Source of the DNA: Candidatus Acidiferrales bacterium
Lineage (GTDB): Bacteria; Acidobacteriota; Terriglobia; Acidiferrales; UBA7541
Direction of reading: 5' to 3'
Assembly (NCBI GenBank): GCA_035534035.1
Contig: DATLSS010000025.1
Coordinates: 4,054-68,053, forward strand
DNA: 64,000 nucleotides
Shown: in pieces, positions 1 to 9,401 of the stretch
Numbering within the stretch: position 1 is the stretch's first letter
Layout of the letters: every line of letters begins with the position of its first letter
The notes under the pieces: generated by a model
The model's database searches: none
Seen by the model: only the letters and a program-made list of their open reading frames with translations
What the model was told of the DNA's origin: nothing
Made by a program: the position numbers and the translations under genes

Positions 1-587
1 CAGCGGAAGAAGTCGCAAAGCTTTTCGTCGAATGCCTCATTGCGCCCGGTTACGATCCGGCAGCGCGGGAAAAGTTCACTACGAAGAAGAATTTGCGTCT
101 GTTGGAGATGCCTGCTGATAAGCCTGTTGCCGAGCTTGAACTTAAGCGCATCCACGGTGCCGTGCTCGTGCAAGAGCCAGACAATCGCGCCCTCGATGAT
201 GCGGAACTGACCCTCGTCACCGAACGCGCTCCGAGCGAAGCCGAACGCCACACCATGCAATTCGCGTGGAAAGTTTGCAAGCACGTCAAATCGAACGCCA
301 TTGTTTTCGCTCGCGACGGCCAGACGCTGGGAATTGGCGCCGGCCAGATGAGTCGCGTGGATTCCGTCAAGCTCGCCGTTATGAAAGCGCAGATATCGCT
401 CGCTGGAAGTGCCATTGCATCAGACGCTTTTTTTCCTTTTCCTGATGGCGTTGAGGAGGCGGCAAAGGCCGGCGCAACCGCCGTGATTCAGCCAGGCGGC
501 TCGGTCCGCGATCCCGAAGTGATCTCGGCGGCCAATCGATTTGGCCTCGCCATGGTTTTCACAGGCATCCGGCATTTCCGGCACTGA
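1..587 (+). CDS. purH: Bifunctional AICAR transformylase/IMP cyclohydrolase PurH, C-terminal fragment (5' end lies outside the window)
   Basis: The frame is open from base 3. The C-terminus GAGQMSRVDSVKLA...ASDAFFPFPDGVEEAAKAGATAVIQPGGSVRD...FTGIRHFRH is the canonical PurH tail. Confidence 0.9.
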   Translation, partial: AEEVAKLFVECLIAPGYDPAAREKFTTKKNLRLLEMPADKPVAELELKRIHGAVLVQEPDNRALDDAELTLVTERAPSEAERHTMQFAWKVCKHVKSNAIVFARDGQTLGIGAGQMSRVDSVKLAVMKAQISLAGSAIASDAFFPFPDGVEEAAKAGATAVIQPGGSVRDPEVISAANRFGLAMVFTGIRHFRH

Positions 588-707
588 CGCGGAGCTGCTG
601 GCTGGCATCCAATCGAATAGGCATCGCGCGGATAGTAACAATATACCGGTAAGCCTTTGACCCTCGATGCGGCCTATACCATAATGAATGTGCATTTCGG
701 AGCTAGC

Positions 708-2831
708 ATGAAAGCGCAAAAGACTCACGCAACGACGCGAACAATTTCCGTCCCCATCCTCGGCGCGATTCTCGCCGTTGCACTGGGAGCTGCAGGCGCG
801 GCCGCACAAACGGCCGTATCAGCGCCCCAAGTCCCCAAGCCCGCCGATGCTTTCGCATATTCGCAATCGGACCAATCGAAGCGCGCGCAAGCTTACGCCG
901 ATTTCATGCTCGGCCATTTGGCGGAACAGCAGTTTGACGAGACCGGCAAATCGGACCTTGCCAGCCAGGCTATTGACTATTACCAGAAGGCTCAAACCCT
1001 CGATTCCGACGCGTCCATTACGGAGCGTCTCGCCGAGGTTTACGCAGCTTCCCAGCGGACGGACGAAGCGATCCGCCAGGCCCAGGCCGCTCTAGGGCAA
1101 GACCCGGATAATCTCGCGGCGCATCGCTTGCTCGCTCGCATTTATATTCACGACTTGGGCGATATGAGCGCGAACGACCGCCAAAAGGAGACGATTGCGC
1201 TCGCGGTTGAGCAATTAAAGGCTGTTCAGCGGCTCGATCCCACCGACGTGCAATCCCAACTTTGGCTCGCTCATCTCTATGGCTTCCAAAACAAACCCCA
1301 GCAAAGTGAGCAAGTGCTTCGCGGTATCTTGAATCGTTCCGCCGACAATGAAGGCGCTCTCGAACAGCTGAGCCAGCTTTACCTTGACGAAGGCAGGCCG
1401 CAGGATGCGATCTCTGTGCTGAAAAATGCCGCCAGCGGTTCGAACGCGGCCACACTTTACGATCTTCTCGGCACAGCATATGCGAAATCGAATAACTTCC
1501 CTGAAGCGGAAGAAGCGTTCCAGCAAGCTGTCAGGCTTGAGCCGGATGAGGTCACCCATCGCAAAGGTCTCGCGCAGGCGTTCCTCTCCGATCACAAATA
1601 TCCGCAAGCTCTCAGCCAGTACGAGCGCCTGACCAAGCTCGAACCCGACAATGCTGAGGATTATCTGCGCATGTCGCAGATCTATCGCCACCTCAATCAG
1701 CTCGACAAGTCCGAGAGCAATTTGATGCAAGCGAAGAAATATGCGCCCGGCAGCCTCGAGGTGCTCTACAACGAGGCGCTACTTTACGAGGCGCAAGCGC
1801 GCTACAAGGATGCCGTGCAAGTTCTTTCCGACGCCATTGCCGGCGTGAAAGCCCAGCAGCAGGAGGGTCAGCCTGCTCCGAGCGCGCTGCCGATTCTTTA
1901 CGAACAGCTCGGCATGGCCTACCGGCAAGGCGGAGACTTTTCTTCCGCCGAACGTTCCTTCGAAGACATGCAAAAGCTTGGGCCAGCCTCGCAAAAGCGC
2001 GGCGAACTCCTCTTAATTGATGCCTATCGCTCAAGCGGTGATATTAAGCGCGCCATCGGCGAAGCCGAAAAAGCCCGTGCCGCCGATCCCGGTGACCAGA
2101 GTCTGGCGGTAACCTACGCCATGCTTCTTGGTGACAACGGGCAGACCGACGACGCCACAAAAGTCCTCCGCGGTCGGTTGCGCGGGAATCAGTCGGACCG
2201 CGACACCTATCTCGACCTCGCCCAGATCGAAGGACGTGGCAAACGCTATGCGGACGCGCAAACGGACGCGAACAAAGCGCTGACGATGTCGGCGGAACCA
2301 TCCGACAAAGAAACGGCGTGGTTTCTCCTCGGTTCGATTTATGACGGGCAGAAGCAATATGACCAGGCGGAGGAGATGTTCCGCAAAGCCCTCGCGGTCA
2401 ATCCTCACGACGCAATGGTGCTCAACTATTACGGCTACATGCTTGCCGATCGTGGCATTCGTCTGGACGAAGCAATCACGATGATACACAGCGCGGTAGT
2501 CGAAGACCCCACCAACGGCGCTTACCTAGATAGCCTTGGCTGGGCCTATTTCAAGCAGGGTAATCTTCCTGAAGCCCAGCAATACCTCGAACAGGCCGTT
2601 TCCCACGGTGGCAACGATCCCACTGTGCTTGGCCACCTGGGTGAAGTCTACGCAAAGCTCGGTCAAACGGACCGAGCGCAGCAAACTTGGGAGAAGGCGC
2701 TGGTCTACTGGCACAAGGCTCTTCCTGCTGATTACGAAGCGCAAAAAGTTGCTGACCTTGAGGCCAAGCTGAAAAATCTGAAACGCCACCATCTCGCGGA
2801 GAAATCGGTCGGTGGCGACCCCAAACCGTAA
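708..2831 (+). CDS. Exported TPR-repeat protein
   Basis: The longest ORF starts at TTG 657. I prefer ATG 708, which has GGAG upstream and gives MKAQK...AVALGAAGAAAQ, a signal-peptide-like N-terminus. The rest consists of many 34-aa TPR-like repeats (A..Y..A......A...Y..AL..DP). Confidence 0.75.
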   Translation: MKAQKTHATTRTISVPILGAILAVALGAAGAAAQTAVSAPQVPKPADAFAYSQSDQSKRAQAYADFMLGHLAEQQFDETGKSDLASQAIDYYQKAQTLDSDASITERLAEVYAASQRTDEAIRQAQAALGQDPDNLAAHRLLARIYIHDLGDMSANDRQKETIALAVEQLKAVQRLDPTDVQSQLWLAHLYGFQNKPQQSEQVLRGILNRSADNEGALEQLSQLYLDEGRPQDAISVLKNAASGSNAATLYDLLGTAYAKSNNFPEAEEAFQQAVRLEPDEVTHRKGLAQAFLSDHKYPQALSQYERLTKLEPDNAEDYLRMSQIYRHLNQLDKSESNLMQAKKYAPGSLEVLYNEALLYEAQARYKDAVQVLSDAIAGVKAQQQEGQPAPSALPILYEQLGMAYRQGGDFSSAERSFEDMQKLGPASQKRGELLLIDAYRSSGDIKRAIGEAEKARAADPGDQSLAVTYAMLLGDNGQTDDATKVLRGRLRGNQSDRDTYLDLAQIEGRGKRYADAQTDANKALTMSAEPSDKETAWFLLGSIYDGQKQYDQAEEMFRKALAVNPHDAMVLNYYGYMLADRGIRLDEAITMIHSAVVEDPTNGAYLDSLGWAYFKQGNLPEAQQYLEQAVSHGGNDPTVLGHLGEVYAKLGQTDRAQQTWEKALVYWHKALPADYEAQKVADLEAKLKNLKRHHLAEKSVGGDPKP

Positions 2832-2843
2832 TATTCTTTGCGG

Positions 2844-3755
2844 ATGAAGCGATCGATTCGCCTTCCCGCGTTTGCCAAAATCAATTTGTGCCTTCATGTG
2901 GTCGGGCGTTTCCCCGACGGCTATCACGAACTCCGCACCATCTTCCATTCAATTTCGCTCCACGACACTCTGGAACTGGAATTATCCGCACGAAAAGAAA
3001 TCAGCCTTGAGATTGACGATCCTTCACTTCCCGCCGATTCGACGAATCTGGTCTGGCGTGCCATGGATGCTTTGCGCCGCGAGCTTCGTTTTCGCCAGGG
3101 AGTACACGCGAAACTGACGAAGGTCATACCCGTGGCTCGCGGCTTGGGCGGTGGTTCGAGCGACGCGGCCGCCGCGCTCATCGGTTTGCTGCGACTCACG
3201 CGCCGCCACCTCCCGCTCCCGCGCCTTATCGAAATCGCTGCAAGTCTGGGGGCCGACGTGCCCTTTTTCCTCTTCGGTGGCCGCGCCCTCGGCGTAAATC
3301 GGGGCGACGAGATTTACCCGCTTCCTGATGTGCCGGATAAAACCGTTCTGGTTGTTTCTCCGCAAGATATCGGCGTCAGCACGCGCGACGCCTACTCTTG
3401 GCTTGGTCCACGACCGTCAAACTCTCGCCAATTGACAAAGCCACGCGCAACCCATAGAATATGGGGTTTCTGCGCTCTGTGCTGGAGCCGGCAGGACAGC
3501 GGCATCTCAAATGATTTCGAGGCCGCCGTTTTTCGCCGTCACCCCCGTTTAGCTAAAATCAAACGGACTTTGCTTCAGGGAGGGGCCGCGGAAGCCGCGC
3601 TGGCGGGTAGCGGGTCGGCGGTGTTCGGAGTCTTCCGAAACCCAGCGCAGGCGCGCCGAGTCGCTCGAGAGTTTCCGAAAGACCAGGTTTTCGTAGCGAG
3701 GACCCTCTCTAGGGAAGACTACCGCAGGGCTATGCTCGAGCGGGCAATCGTCTGA
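2844..3755 (+). CDS. ispE: 4-diphosphocytidyl-2-C-methyl-D-erythritol kinase
   Basis: Contains AKINLCLHV..R..DGYHEL and the GHMP-kinase loop GLGGGSSDAAAAL. The start could be TTG 2838 or ATG 2844. Confidence 0.9.
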   Translation: MKRSIRLPAFAKINLCLHVVGRFPDGYHELRTIFHSISLHDTLELELSARKEISLEIDDPSLPADSTNLVWRAMDALRRELRFRQGVHAKLTKVIPVARGLGGGSSDAAAALIGLLRLTRRHLPLPRLIEIAASLGADVPFFLFGGRALGVNRGDEIYPLPDVPDKTVLVVSPQDIGVSTRDAYSWLGPRPSNSRQLTKPRATHRIWGFCALCWSRQDSGISNDFEAAVFRRHPRLAKIKRTLLQGGAAEAALAGSGSAVFGVFRNPAQARRVAREFPKDQVFVARTLSREDYRRAMLERAIV

Positions 3756-3799
3756 CAGGTTCGCTGAAAGGGCCCAACCAAGAATCGTTCCAGAGGACT

Positions 3800-4747
3800 G
3801 TGTTGGCTGACGACAAGTTCAAGATTTTTAGCGGCAGCGCTAACCCCGCACTCTGCGAGGCCATCTGCCATTATCTGGGTGTGCCGCGGGGCCGCGCCGA
3901 ACGCGGTCAATTCAGCGACGGCGAATCTCGTTTCCAAATTCTCGAAAACGTTCGCGGCGCGGATGTCTTTGTCGTTCAGGCATGTTGCCATCCGGTCGAT
4001 TTTCATTTGATGGAGCTTTTGTTGATGGTCGACGCGTTCAAGCGCGCTTCGGCCTGGCGCGTCACAGCCGTGATTCCGTATTACGCGTACGCCCGCCAAG
4101 ATCGCAAAGACCGCCCGCGCGTGCCCATTTCGGCAAAACTCGTCGCCGACCTGCTTGAGACGGCTGGCGCGAGCCGCGCGCTGACCCTCGATCTTCATGC
4201 GCCCCAGATTCAGGGCTATTTCAACGTTCCCGTCGATCACTTATTTGCCGCGCCGGTTCTAGTAGAATATTTTCAGAAGCGCGGACTTCACGCAATTACC
4301 GTTGTTTCGCCCGATGCAGGCGGCGTCGAGCGTGCGCGCTTCTTCGCAAAAAAAATGGACGCTCCATTGGCCATTGTCGACAAGCGCCGTATCGACGTGA
4401 ATGTGAGCGAAGTGATGAATATCGTCGGCGACGTCAAGGGACGTCCCGCGCTGGTGATTGACGACATCATCGACACGGCCGGCACGCTCGTCAAAACAGC
4501 AGAAGCCCTCCTGAAAGAAGGCGCCACAGAAGTTTATGCAGGCTGCACGCACGCGATTTTGTCCGGGCCTGCCGTCGATCGCATTTGCAAGTCGCCGATA
4601 AAAGAAGTGATCGTCACCGATTCAGTGCCGCTCTCGCCGGAAGCGAAAAAAGTGCCCAAAATTAAAGTGCTGAGCGTCGCCGAACTCCTGGCGCGCGGCA
4701 TTCGTTCGATTCACGAAGAAACTTCAATCAGTGAGCTGTTCATTTAG
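3800..4747 (+). CDS. prs: Ribose-phosphate pyrophosphokinase
   Basis: Contains KIFSGSANPAL, YYAYARQDRK and the PRPP loop LVIDDIIDTAGTL. The start is GTG, preceded by AGAGGA. Confidence 0.92.
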   Translation: MLADDKFKIFSGSANPALCEAICHYLGVPRGRAERGQFSDGESRFQILENVRGADVFVVQACCHPVDFHLMELLLMVDAFKRASAWRVTAVIPYYAYARQDRKDRPRVPISAKLVADLLETAGASRALTLDLHAPQIQGYFNVPVDHLFAAPVLVEYFQKRGLHAITVVSPDAGGVERARFFAKKMDAPLAIVDKRRIDVNVSEVMNIVGDVKGRPALVIDDIIDTAGTLVKTAEALLKEGATEVYAGCTHAILSGPAVDRICKSPIKEVIVTDSVPLSPEAKKVPKIKVLSVAELLARGIRSIHEETSISELFI

Positions 4748-4768
4748 GGCAGCGAAGGGAAGGAACGC

Positions 4769-5491
4769 ATGGAAGCCTTTGTTGTGGAAGCCACGCCGCG
4801 CGAGGAACGCGGCAAGGGTGTCGCCCGCCGCATTCGCCGCACGGGCCTCGTCCCCGCCGTTCTCTATGGCGGCAAGAATAAACCGGTTCCGATGACCGTC
4901 AACGCCCGCCAGGTCGCCCGCATTCTCCGTTCGGAGACGGGTCACAACACAATTTTCACCGTGCAAGTCGCAGGCAATCGGGAAGAGAAAGCCATGGTAA
5001 AAGACTGGCAAGTCGATCCCGTCAGCGGCGCGTTGCTGCACGTGGATTTGCTGCGCATCGCGATGGACGTCCGCATGCGCGTGCGTGTTCCGGTGCACGT
5101 TTTCGGCGAGCCCGAAGGCGTCAAGCTGCAGGGTGGCGTTTTCGAAATGGTCACTCGCGAAGTCGAGCTCGAGTGTTTGCCCGGCGATATCCCCGAGGAA
5201 TTCAAAATCGACATCAGCGGCTTAACCATCGGCAAGCAGCTTCGCGCTGCCGACCTTCCCTTTGATCCGGAGAAAGTGAAATTGGTCACGGATCCGCAGC
5301 GCGTTCTTGCGCACGTGGTCGTTTTGAAGAAGGAAGAAGAAGTGGCGCCCGTCGAGGCTGCCGCAGCCACCGAGGCAGTGGCCGCCGAGCCGGAAGTCAT
5401 CAAGAAGGGCAAGAAAGAGGCCGAGGAAGGCGAAGAAGGTACCGAGCCCGAAAAAGCCGAGAAGCCCGAGAAGAAGGGAAAAGAGAAGTAG
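4769..5491 (+). CDS. rplY: 50S ribosomal protein L25 / general stress protein Ctc form, with a Lys/Glu-rich C-terminal tail
   Basis: The N-terminus RGKGVARRIRRTGLVPAVLYG and a two-domain Ctc-length protein support the call. It sits in the conserved prs-ctc-pth context. Confidence 0.85.
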   Translation: MEAFVVEATPREERGKGVARRIRRTGLVPAVLYGGKNKPVPMTVNARQVARILRSETGHNTIFTVQVAGNREEKAMVKDWQVDPVSGALLHVDLLRIAMDVRMRVRVPVHVFGEPEGVKLQGGVFEMVTREVELECLPGDIPEEFKIDISGLTIGKQLRAADLPFDPEKVKLVTDPQRVLAHVVVLKKEEEVAPVEAAAATEAVAAEPEVIKKGKKEAEEGEEGTEPEKAEKPEKKGKEK

Positions 5492-5557
5492 TAGAGCCGC
5501 ACGGTGGTTTGGCGCCTGGCCAACATTTTGGCTGGTGCCGCAAGTGGGGACGCGCGG

Positions 5558-6148
5558 ATGCGAATCATCGTGGGTCTCGGCAATCCCGGCCGCGAATATG
5601 CCTGGACGCCGCATAACCTTGGTTTCCAGGTGATGGATTGTCTGGCTGATCGTTTTGCGATCCGCATCACGCGCCCGGAAGGGCAATCGGTGATTGGGCT
5701 TGGCCGAATCGCAGGCCACGATGTGGTGCTTGCGAAGCCGCAGACGTTCATGAATTTAAGCGGCCATGCTGTTGCGGATTTGATCGCGCGATACGAGACT
5801 GATCCGGCGGAAACAATTGTCGTCAGCGACGAAGCGGCTCTGCCCTGGGGAATGATCCGCATTCGTGAGCGGGGCAGCGCCGGCAGCCACAACGGGCTGA
5901 AGTCGGTGATTGGCGCGCTGGGAACGGATGAATTTTTGCGGGTCAGGCTGGGTATCAAGCCTGAACACCCTGTAAGCGATTTGGCGGCTTATGTTCTCGC
6001 CTCGATGGGCAAGGACGTTCGTGAGACCGCGGAAGCGATGATCGTCGAAGCCGCGGATGCCGTGGAAATGATTCTCGCGGAAGGCACGGGCCGCGCGATG
6101 GCGCACTTCAACCGGCGCGCCACGCCGCCGGAAGAAGCCGCCGAATAG
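5558..6148 (+). CDS. pth: Peptidyl-tRNA hydrolase
   Basis: MRIIVGLGNPGREYAWTPHNLGF is the canonical Pth N-terminus. ATG 5558 is preceded by an SD-like GTGGGGA. The longest ORF starts at 5504. Confidence 0.9.
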   Translation: MRIIVGLGNPGREYAWTPHNLGFQVMDCLADRFAIRITRPEGQSVIGLGRIAGHDVVLAKPQTFMNLSGHAVADLIARYETDPAETIVVSDEAALPWGMIRIRERGSAGSHNGLKSVIGALGTDEFLRVRLGIKPEHPVSDLAAYVLASMGKDVRETAEAMIVEAADAVEMILAEGTGRAMAHFNRRATPPEEAAE

Positions 6149-6179
6149 AATTTCTGATTTGAGGACGAAAAGAGGAACC

Positions 6180-6590
6180 ATGGAAGAAAGACTGTATGAC
6201 CTGATCTTCATCTGCCGGCCGGATACGCCGGAGACGGAGATCGATAAACTGATTGCCACGCTCACGCACGCGGTTGAAGAAAAACAAGCGAAAGTCGATA
6301 AGGTTGAGAAGTGGGGTACGCGCCGGTTGGCCTATCGCGTTAAGAAGTTGCGCGAAGGCTTCTATGTTTACATGGTGCTTCGCTCCAGCCATGGCGAGCT
6401 TTTCAAGGAACTGGAACGCCGCTTGCGCGTTACCGACGCGGTCGTCAAGTATCTGACCGTGCGCCTCGACGAAGAGATCAAGCGGCAGGAGAAATTGTCC
6501 AAGCGCCGCGAGAAACGCAACGCGCGGCGACCCCGCAAGACTGCACCTGCCGCTCCCGGCGCCGAACAGGCCGCGACGGCAGCTGGATAG
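6180..6590 (+). CDS. rpsF: 30S ribosomal protein S6 with a basic C-terminal extension
   Basis: Contains MEERLYDLIFICRPD...WGTRRLAYRVKK. ATG 6180 follows AGAGGA. The longest ORF starts at 6159. Confidence 0.9.
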   Translation: MEERLYDLIFICRPDTPETEIDKLIATLTHAVEEKQAKVDKVEKWGTRRLAYRVKKLREGFYVYMVLRSSHGELFKELERRLRVTDAVVKYLTVRLDEEIKRQEKLSKRREKRNARRPRKTAPAAPGAEQAATAAG

Positions 6591-6602
6591 GGAGAAAATT
6601 TA

Positions 6603-6950
6603 ATGGCCGACGAGACACGCGCACCACAGCAACACTCACCATCGCATCACTCTTCATCCTCCTCCGGTGGAAGACCGCCAGGAGGTGGCCCCGCAGGCAG
6701 CAGACCGCCGGGACCGCGCCGCGGAAAGCGCAATTACGTTCGCAAAAAGAAGGTCTGCCGCTTCTGCGTCGATAAAGTTGACCTGATCGATTACAAGAAG
6801 CCGGAGATTCTCCAGTCGTTCGTGCAGGAGCGCGGCAAGATTCTCCCGCGGCGAATGACCGGCACTTGCGCGCGCCATCAACGCTGGCTGACGATTGCCA
6901 TCAAGCGTGCGCAAAATATCGCGCTCTTGCCGTTCGCGTCGGAATTATAG
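6603..6950 (+). CDS. rpsR: 30S ribosomal protein S18 with a roughly 45-aa low-complexity N-terminal extension
   Basis: Contains [60 protein letters not shown]. Confidence 0.9.
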   Translation: MADETRAPQQHSPSHHSSSSSGGRPPGGGPAGSRPPGPRRGKRNYVRKKKVCRFCVDKVDLIDYKKPEILQSFVQERGKILPRRMTGTCARHQRWLTIAIKRAQNIALLPFASEL

Positions 6951-7024
6951 AGCTCCAACGAACGATCACGCCCGGATCCCGCGCGGCCATTGCGTCGCGC
7001 GGAACGAATTTCGAGGATAAAGCC

Positions 7025-7471
7025 ATGGAAATCATTTTGCAGGAAGATGTCGACAAGCTGGGCAATCGAGGCGAGATAGTGACGGTCGCGGAGGGTTACG
7101 CGCGCAATTATCTGCTGCCGCAGAAGCTCGCCATCGCCGCGAATTCTTCCAACATGCGGCGTCTGGAAAAAATGCGCGCTGCCTTCTCCAAGAAGGAAGC
7201 CACCGAACGCGAGGGAGCACAGAAACAGGCCGATTTGCTTTCTACCGTCGCTCTGAAGCTTTCTCGCAAGGCTGGTGAGAACGATCAGCTCTTTGGGTCG
7301 GTCACGTCCGCCGACATTGCCGATGCGCTCGCTGCGCAGGGCTACACCATCGACAAACGCAAAATTCAGCTGAATGACCCGATCAAAACCGTCGGAGAAT
7401 ATCCCGTCCCGATCAAGCTCTACCGCGATGTGATCGCCACGGTGAACCTCACTGTCGAACGCGAAGTGTGA
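7025..7471 (+). CDS. rplI: 50S ribosomal protein L9
   Basis: Contains MEIILQEDVDKLGNRGEIVTVAEGYARNYLLPQKLA. I use the internal ATG 7025, because the longest ORF (6866) overlaps rpsR. Confidence 0.9.
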   Translation: MEIILQEDVDKLGNRGEIVTVAEGYARNYLLPQKLAIAANSSNMRRLEKMRAAFSKKEATEREGAQKQADLLSTVALKLSRKAGENDQLFGSVTSADIADALAAQGYTIDKRKIQLNDPIKTVGEYPVPIKLYRDVIATVNLTVEREV

Positions 7472-7730
7472 GCGATCGAAAGGTTCCGTTTTGCGGGGCG
7501 TCGCCTTCTCGGTTCTGGCGACGCCGCTCGCCATTGGTTCCATCACCGCCTGCCTACGGCTTTTTTCACAGCTTCCTGTGAATTCCACAGCCACCACACA
7601 TTGACTTCGCTCTCCAAGCCGCACAGAATGTCCGGCGTTCGCCCAAACAGGCATTCCGATTTCTGAACTCCCATAGCGGAAGGCCAAAAAACCGTTGCGT
7701 CAGCGGCGCCTCTAGGCGAAAATAAAGCGA

Positions 7731-9098
7731 ATGAATATGGCTCACGATACCACTCTCGAACGGCCTCTCCCTTACAGCGCCGGCGCGGAGCGCAGCGTCC
7801 TGGGCGCCATCCTCCTCGATAATCATTCCTTCAATATTGCCGTCGAGAAATTGAAAGGCGAGGACTTTTTCCTCGATCAGCATCGCCGAATTTTCGAGCG
7901 CATCGTTGAACTGGCCGAGGCGCAGCAAGCCATTGATTTGATCACCCTCAGCGAATGCCTCGATCGCCACGGGGAACTCGAGTCCGCTGGCGGCCCCGCC
8001 TATCTTTCGCAGTTGATGGACGGCTTGCCGCGCGCGACCAACGTCGAGCACTACGTCCGCATCGTCAAGGAAAAGTCAGTTCTCCGCCATCTGATCCGCA
8101 CCGCCGAAGTGATTATGCAGCGCGCCCTCGACGCCGAAGACGACGCTGACGCGATTCTCGATAAGGCCGAATCCGACATTTTCCAGGTGGCCGAAGAGCG
8201 AGTCCGCGCTGGCCTGATCGGCGTCAAGGATCTGATCAAGGATAATTACTCCCGGCTCGAAAAGATGATGGAGCAGGGCCGCCGCCTCACGGGCGTCCCC
8301 ACGGGATATCTAAATCTGGACAACGACACAGCCGGCTTGCAGCCCGGCGAACTAATTATTCTGGCTGCGCGGCCGTCCATGGGAAAAACGTCGCTGGCGC
8401 TGAACATTGCTGAAAATGTCGCGCTCAGCAGCGAGCCGCGCGCGGTCGCAATCTTCAGCCTCGAAATGTCCAAAGAGTCTCTGCTGATGCGCCTGCTTGC
8501 GTCGCAAGGCCGCGTCGACGCACACAAGTTCCGCACCGGCCATCTAGGACACGAGGATTGGGCGAAAATCGCTCAGACCCTGGCGCGCCTCGGCGATGCT
8601 CCGCTCTGGATTGACGATTCCGCTTCATCCACGGTGATGGAGATGGGCGCGAAAGCCCGGCGCCTGAAACGCGACAAGGGCCTTGATCTTGTCATCGTCG
8701 ACTACCTCCAACTGATCGCCGCACGCGGCCGCTTCGGCAATCGCAACGAAGAAGTTTCGAGCATTTCCCGCTCCCTCAAGGGTCTTGCGAAGGAATTGAA
8801 AGTTCCCGTGCTCGTCTTGAGCCAGTTGACTCGCGCGCCGGAGCGCGAGGACCGCAAACCGCAATTGGCCGACCTTCGCGAATCCGGCGCCATCGAACAG
8901 GACGCCGACGTCGTTCTCTTCATTCACCGCCCGGGCTTTTACAAGACCGATCTTCCCGACGAGGAACGCGCCAAATCTGAACTCATCATCGCGAAACAGC
9001 GCAATGGCCCAACCGGCAGCCTCGATTTCGTCTTCATCAATCGCCACACGCGCTTCGAACAAGCTGCGCCAGATTCGTTTGGCCCCATGCTCGAGTAG
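7731..9098 (+). CDS. dnaB: Replicative DNA helicase DnaB
   Basis: Has a DnaB N-terminal domain (AERSVLGAILLD), Walker A ARPSMGKTSLAL and a RecA-like C-terminal domain (LVIVDYLQLI, SQLTRAPE). There is no intein. Confidence 0.92.
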   Translation: MNMAHDTTLERPLPYSAGAERSVLGAILLDNHSFNIAVEKLKGEDFFLDQHRRIFERIVELAEAQQAIDLITLSECLDRHGELESAGGPAYLSQLMDGLPRATNVEHYVRIVKEKSVLRHLIRTAEVIMQRALDAEDDADAILDKAESDIFQVAEERVRAGLIGVKDLIKDNYSRLEKMMEQGRRLTGVPTGYLNLDNDTAGLQPGELIILAARPSMGKTSLALNIAENVALSSEPRAVAIFSLEMSKESLLMRLLASQGRVDAHKFRTGHLGHEDWAKIAQTLARLGDAPLWIDDSASSTVMEMGAKARRLKRDKGLDLVIVDYLQLIAARGRFGNRNEEVSSISRSLKGLAKELKVPVLVLSQLTRAPEREDRKPQLADLRESGAIEQDADVVLFIHRPGFYKTDLPDEERAKSELIIAKQRNGPTGSLDFVFINRHTRFEQAAPDSFGPMLE

Positions 9099-9401
9099 CT
9101 CGATCTAGGCAGAATTCGCGGTATAGCGCTCTTTGCTGTGTGTTCCCCTGGCAACGCCTCGTAGCTTTTGACCCGCGCTCGTCTTCACAAACCAGGTGGG
9201 TACCGCTGGAGCACCGCCCTAAGTGCTTTGCGCAAAGTGACTTCCGGAGTTTCTCAAAGGTTCCACAAGCTCAGGTTCCTGGCATGCCTGTTGCTCCATC
9301 CGAATCGGTGTGTTTACTAGAAGCGGGCAAGCAGGGGAATTCAGGTTACGGCTCCGCGCGCGGCGAGGTACGCTTTTAGTTTACGCATAACCGCTTTACA
9401 A

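Noticed and set aside
4942-5958. A 338-aa minus-strand ORF spanning ctc and pth.
   Set aside because: It is antisense to two well-supported conserved genes. The translation is Ser/Arg/Pro-rich and not protein-like.
7472-7540. A hairpin ggcgtcgcc/ggcgacgcc after rplI, considered as a rho-independent terminator.
   Set aside because: It has a good 9-bp stem, but an 11-nt loop and no downstream T-tract. dnaB follows in the same orientation, so I do not call it a terminator.
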